Shown here: in pieces, positions 59,525 through 64,000 of the stretch
Numbering within the stretch: the first letter of the stretch is position 1
Layout: each line of letters starts with the position of its first letter
DNA from: Leptogorgia sarmentosa
Taxonomy: Eukaryota
Reading direction: 5' to 3'
DNA length: 64,000 nucleotides
NCBI GenBank assembly: GCA_964658305.1
Contig: OZ210885.1
Coordinates: forward strand, 22,506,001 to 22,570,000
The notes under the pieces: model-generated
Database searches by the model: none
The model's input: the letters and a program-made list of their open reading frames with translations, nothing else
Told to the model about the DNA's origin: nothing
Position numbers and translations under genes: made by a program

Positions 59525-61220
59525 TATGGTGGCCCATAAGTGCAAAACACAACACACACAGTGGAAACACAACACACACTACCAATGGCCCATAAGTGCA
59601 AACACAACACACAAAAGCAAAAAACAATACACTAAACCAAAACACAATACACAAAACCAAAACACAACACACGAAACCAAAACACAACACACGAAACTAA
59701 AACACAATACACAAAACCATAACACAACACACAAATATGTTAATTAATGAATCGAACCGCTGACCATTTTCAACGTAGATACACAAAAATCCCGCCAAAT
59801 TATTTAACGCTTAATGGCGGATGCTGAGCAAGAAGAAACTATAATTCGGCATTATTTCTCGTTAAATTACGACTACAATACAATTTTGAGCTTTCTTGAA
59901 AGAAATCATGGTATAAAAATATCAAAAAGAACGCTTTTAAATCGTTTAAATGAGTATCAGCTCCGTAGAAGAGATCGCATTGTTGATCAAGAAATTGTTC
60001 GAGAATGCATATCCAGAGAGCTAGATGGTTCTGGTTCAATACTTGGTTACTGATCGATGTGGCGTATTTTACATTCAAAATATGGCGTTAACGTCCCAAG
60101 ATCAGTTGTTCAAGTTCTTTTGGCTGAGCTTGATCCAGTGGGAACCCACCAAAGAAAAGCTCATCGTCTGAAAAGGCGACAGTACACCAACCCCGGTCCC
60201 AATTATTGCTGGCACTCTGATGGCTATGACAAACTTAAACCCTATGGGTTTCTGATACATGGCTGTATTGACGGATTTAGTCGTAGAATTATCTGGCTCA
60301 AACTGACCAAAAGTAACAATGATCCGCATATTATTGCCTCGTTCTTTTTAGAATCTATTAAGGATTTGCAAGCTTGTCCAACACTCTTACGAACAGATAG
60401 AGGCATGGAAAATGGAAGTATGGCGACAGTGCAGTGTTTCCTTCGGAGAGACGATAATGATTCGTTATCTGGTTTGTGTGCTCACCGTTACGGCTCATCG
60501 CATACAAATCAACGAATAGAGGCGTGGTGGTCCTTTCTGCGAAGGAACTGGAGTTCATGGTGGATTAACCTGCTTAAGGATATGGTAGATACTGGGGATT
60601 TGGATACAAGCAACAGCATGCATATGGAATGCCTTTGGTTTTCATTCAACAAAGTAATCGAAAATGAGTTGAGTCAAGTTCAAAGTAATTGGAACAATCA
60701 CTGTATTCGCAAATCAAGGTACCAAACCATGGCTGGGATTCCAAACAAGCTGTACTTTTTGCCAGAAGAGATTGGATCAGAAGATTACAAGAAACCATTT
60801 AATCCTGCTGATCTGAGAGAAGCCGAATATGAAGTTCACTCCGCTGATACAGATGATTCTAACAATGAAGCAAGTGACACCAGTGACTACCATCGATATT
60901 TTAACTATGCACTTCAAACTCTTGGAATTGACCATCCAACCAGTTGGAGAGAAAGCTTGCATGTTTATCAAACATTGTTAGCCAATGCCACTTAGTTATA
61001 ATAAGTCATTTACTCTAATATGGTTGTAAGCAATATGCATGGAATAATGGAAAACACAAAAAAAGAACAATTAGAACAAATGAAGGCTGCTTTGTTGGAT
61101 TATTTGTTTAATTAACATTTATTGTTACACTTTATGTATATAGGGTTCTTGTACCAAAAATGACAGAACACAATTAAACCATCAAATATCCTTGAAGAGT
61201 TACACCTCATGAACTGTCAA
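59525..61220 (+). mobile_element. Second IS3EU element (left end plus transposase), followed by DIRS
   Basis: TATGGTGGCCCATAAGTGCAAAACAC left TIR and acacaa arrays; the right boundary is approximate. Confidence 0.8.
59814..60995 (+). pseudogene. IS3EU transposase with one in-frame TGA (60051-60053)
   Basis: Collinear with 55191-56342; LGY*SMW corresponds to LGYRAMW (CGA>TGA). Confidence 0.9.
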
Positions 61221-61491
61221 TTATACTTCGCAAACTTCGGTCGAAATATATGGGAAAACAAATGGTATTCCTTGGCTCATGCTCACGATTAAACGCTTTA
61301 GAAACCGGAAATACAAAAAAGAAAAACATCCGGTCACCTGACCACCCTGCACCAATAATACCTCCGTATCCTAGAGCTCCATCGGCTTTTTCCTTTGTGC
61401 TCGCTCATGTGTACGCCTCCAGGTAAGTCTTGCGTATTTTTGTTGTATTTCTTACCTTTTTCCACTCCTATTTAGCTTTGTTTTGCACAGA

Positions 61492-62697
61492 ATGTCTGAC
61501 TCCTCTGGTCGGAAACGACACCGATCTCCGCCCGACGTTTCGACTCAGGAAAGTCGTCATAAACGTAAACGAAGCCGCAGCCGCCGGCGGGAAAATCACT
61601 CGAGCATTAACGAGACGTTAGCAAAAGTATTGTCCAGTGTGGACGACATGAAAAGAGAGTTTGCGACTTGGACAACCCGAGTCAGTACTATTGAAGATAA
61701 ATTGAATCGAAATTCGTCTATTCATCTACCACAGGTTGAGGAAGATTGTCTGTCCATTCACCCGCCAATTTCACCGATGGCAATGCCTTCGGACGATCAA
61801 TTGTCACAAGACAATAGCGCCATTGAGGCACCATTAGCTGGCCTTGAGCCACCTTTAGCCGACGTTAGATCGGATTGTACTACCAGACCCGTGTCTAAGG
61901 AGACACAGGAAAGTCAACTCGCTGGTCAAACATGCGAGTTCTTTGATCCAGAGAGCGCAACTCTTCGAAAATGGCCTCCGTCAGAGCCTTTTCGTACGTT
62001 CCTGGAAAAGAACTTCAAACGTCGCCTGACGGTTGAACAGGTAAATGAAATTATAGGGGAAAACTCCCTACCTGAATCGGATGCTTGTATTGCACCTTAC
62101 CTCGATAAACAAATCTTGAACTATGTTCCACACAACCGCCGCAAGGCCGTTGAAAACCGCGACAAAGACTTAAATCTCATTCAACGCGCTTTATTGAACT
62201 CGGCCGCGCCTCTTTGTTGTTTACACGACCGCCTTGAGCGGAAGGACCACGTAACAAATAAGGAAGTGTTGACTACTGTACAACAATCGTTATGTTTATT
62301 GGGTTCAGCCAACTATATCACTACCATAACTAGACGAAAGAAGGTTTTGGGCGCTGTTAACCCAGACAAAATTCAGCTCGCGGATAACGAATTTCTGAAT
62401 TCGGGCAAAATGCTCTTTGGGGATGACTTACCCCCTCTGGCTGCTAAACACTCGGAACTTGCACGTAGTCTATCGAAAAATCTGCAAAAACAACAATATA
62501 ACCCCCAACCACCTCGGCAGAACCCAAGGCAGGTGTCACAGGCAACTCACAGATATAGCTACCCCCAAACTCAGACCAAACGCCCCTTTCGTGGCGCTGC
62601 TGGGCAACACCAAAGAGGCTCCATGCAGGAGCAAGGCAAACACTCGAATTTTCGAAGCCAGCGGGCCCAGCAGAACAACAGCTGGTCCCGCCAATAA
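61492..62697 (+). CDS. DIRS ORF1 (Gag-like)
   Basis: APYLD..DKDL..IQ..SLCLLGSAN..RRKKVL..LFG motif pattern. Confidence 0.8.
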   Translation: MSDSSGRKRHRSPPDVSTQESRHKRKRSRSRRRENHSSINETLAKVLSSVDDMKREFATWTTRVSTIEDKLNRNSSIHLPQVEEDCLSIHPPISPMAMPSDDQLSQDNSAIEAPLAGLEPPLADVRSDCTTRPVSKETQESQLAGQTCEFFDPESATLRKWPPSEPFRTFLEKNFKRRLTVEQVNEIIGENSLPESDACIAPYLDKQILNYVPHNRRKAVENRDKDLNLIQRALLNSAAPLCCLHDRLERKDHVTNKEVLTTVQQSLCLLGSANYITTITRRKKVLGAVNPDKIQLADNEFLNSGKMLFGDDLPPLAAKHSELARSLSKNLQKQQYNPQPPRQNPRQVSQATHRYSYPQTQTKRPFRGAAGQHQRGSMQEQGKHSNFRSQRAQQNNSWSRQ

Positions 62698-64000
62698 ATC
62701 AACCTGCAGCCAGGCTGCCGCTTTTTCTGTCTCGATGGCAAACAATTACAAACGATCCGCTTATAATCAACGTAGTACGCGGCTATCGAATAGACTTTCA
62801 CACCACACCTTGGCAAAGACACATTCCAACTACGCTGGCAGTAGGCAAACACATAATCTTGATGCAACAAGAAATCACAAAACTTATAAACAAGGGGGCT
62901 ATATCCCCCGTACAATTCAGTCCAGGGGGCTTCTACAGCCGCCTATTCCTGGTCCCAAAAAAAGGCGGATCTGTTCGCCCTGTAATCGACTTAAGTCAGC
63001 TCAACAAATTCATAACGAACGAACACTTCCAAATGGAAAACCTAACGTGCATAAAGCACCTGCTATGCCCAAACGACTACATGGTCAAACTAGACCTGAA
63101 AGACGCCTATCTAACGGTGGGGATCCACCCACAGTCGCAACAGTTTCTTCGATTTATTTGGCAGGGGCAAACCTACCAGTTTCGATGCCTGCCTTTCGGG
63201 CTAAACACGGCCCCCCGCATATTTACAAAACTACTGAAACCCGTGGTGGCATACCTGCGCACGCGCAACATGAGACTTATCATCTATCTAGACGACATAC
63301 TAATCATAGGGTCTTCAGTGGACACCCTACATCGTCACACAGCAATTGTACTGGAACTTTTACAGAACCTGGGATTTATAATAAACTTCGAGAAGTCAAA
63401 TCTCACGCCCTGTCTAGTACTAGAGTTCCTAGGCTTCGTGATAAACTCGACAACACTGAAATTCTACCTACCTTCCGAGAAGGTTACCAAAGGTCTAAAT
63501 CTCTGCCGATCGCTCCTGAAGGAGAGCCCAACGTCACTCCATCTCCTATCCCAACTTCTAGGTTTCCTGGAATCTTGTCGCCCGGCAGTTTGGATTGCGC
63601 CACTCCATTTCAGACACATACAGAACTGCCTCATACACCAAGTAGCGTTGAACAATGGGAGCTATCAGGGCACAGTCCACCTCGATCCCCAAGCACGGGG
63701 GGAACTCCAATGGTGGATCGCCAACATAAAACAGGTGAATGGGAGTGCGATACACCGCCCAGTGACCGAGATGACGATAACCTCGGACGCCTCAAAAATG
63801 AAATGGGGTGCCACATTCGGAAAACTGTCGACCAATGGGCGTTGGTCACATCAGGAAAGTCTCCTCCACATCAATGTCTTGGAACTGAAAGCCATTTTCT
63901 TGGCCGTACAGACATTCCTGAAGCACCACTCGAACGTGTCGGTCAAACTTCGCCTCGACAACACAACAGCGGTGTCTTATATAAACAACCAAGGAGGAAC
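62690..64000 (+). CDS. DIRS ORF2 reverse transcriptase / RNase H, partial, with an apparent frameshift near 62800
   Basis: FYSRLFLVPKK, RPVIDL, LDLKDAY, LPFGL, IYLDD, TSDAS, HINVLEL, DNTTAVSYIN. Confidence 0.92.

Larger units (their letters stand above)
61222..64000 (+). mobile_element. DIRS1-like tyrosine-recombinase retrotransposon, running off the right edge
   Basis: Gag-like ORF overlapping an RT/RNase H ORF; the left boundary is approximate and the recombinase lies outside the window. Confidence 0.88.

Noticed and set aside
59087..59747. Cys/Phe/Val-rich small ORFs
   Set aside because: These are translations of IS3EU subterminal tandem repeats and A/C-rich sequence.

Overview
Eukaryotic genomic DNA, probably from a cnidarian or similar invertebrate (an inference from element types). 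It is made almost entirely of nested, mostly decayed transposable elements, and no host protein-coding gene is evident. From left to right: a CR1/L2-group LINE (-), a Tx1 LINE, a solo LTR, MITEs, an intact IS630/Tc1-type DD33E element inside a P-like MITE, a Copia element, a Helentron (RPA-like OB fold, herpes-tegument-type deubiquitinase, STPR repeats, Rep, Pif1, APE) carrying a Penelope remnant with a minimal hammerhead ribozyme, and a hAT element. Then comes a striking snRNA locus. An RLE-type Utopia-like retrotransposon is joined at nt 39 of a U2 snRNA gene. About 260 bp later lie a TATA box and the U1 snRNA 5' end, fused to a head-to-tail array of Tx1 LINEs, with the U1 splice-site-binding sequence folded into a hairpin. 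The right third is a deep nest: Penelope-like ORF > hAT > (Harbinger > MITEs; IS3EU carrying a zinc-ribbon/CUE/HECT E3 ligase), followed by a second IS3EU and a DIRS element. Two tiny TIR remnants with 8-bp target duplications look like P-element excision footprints. All calls come from reading motifs by eye; no database search was run.
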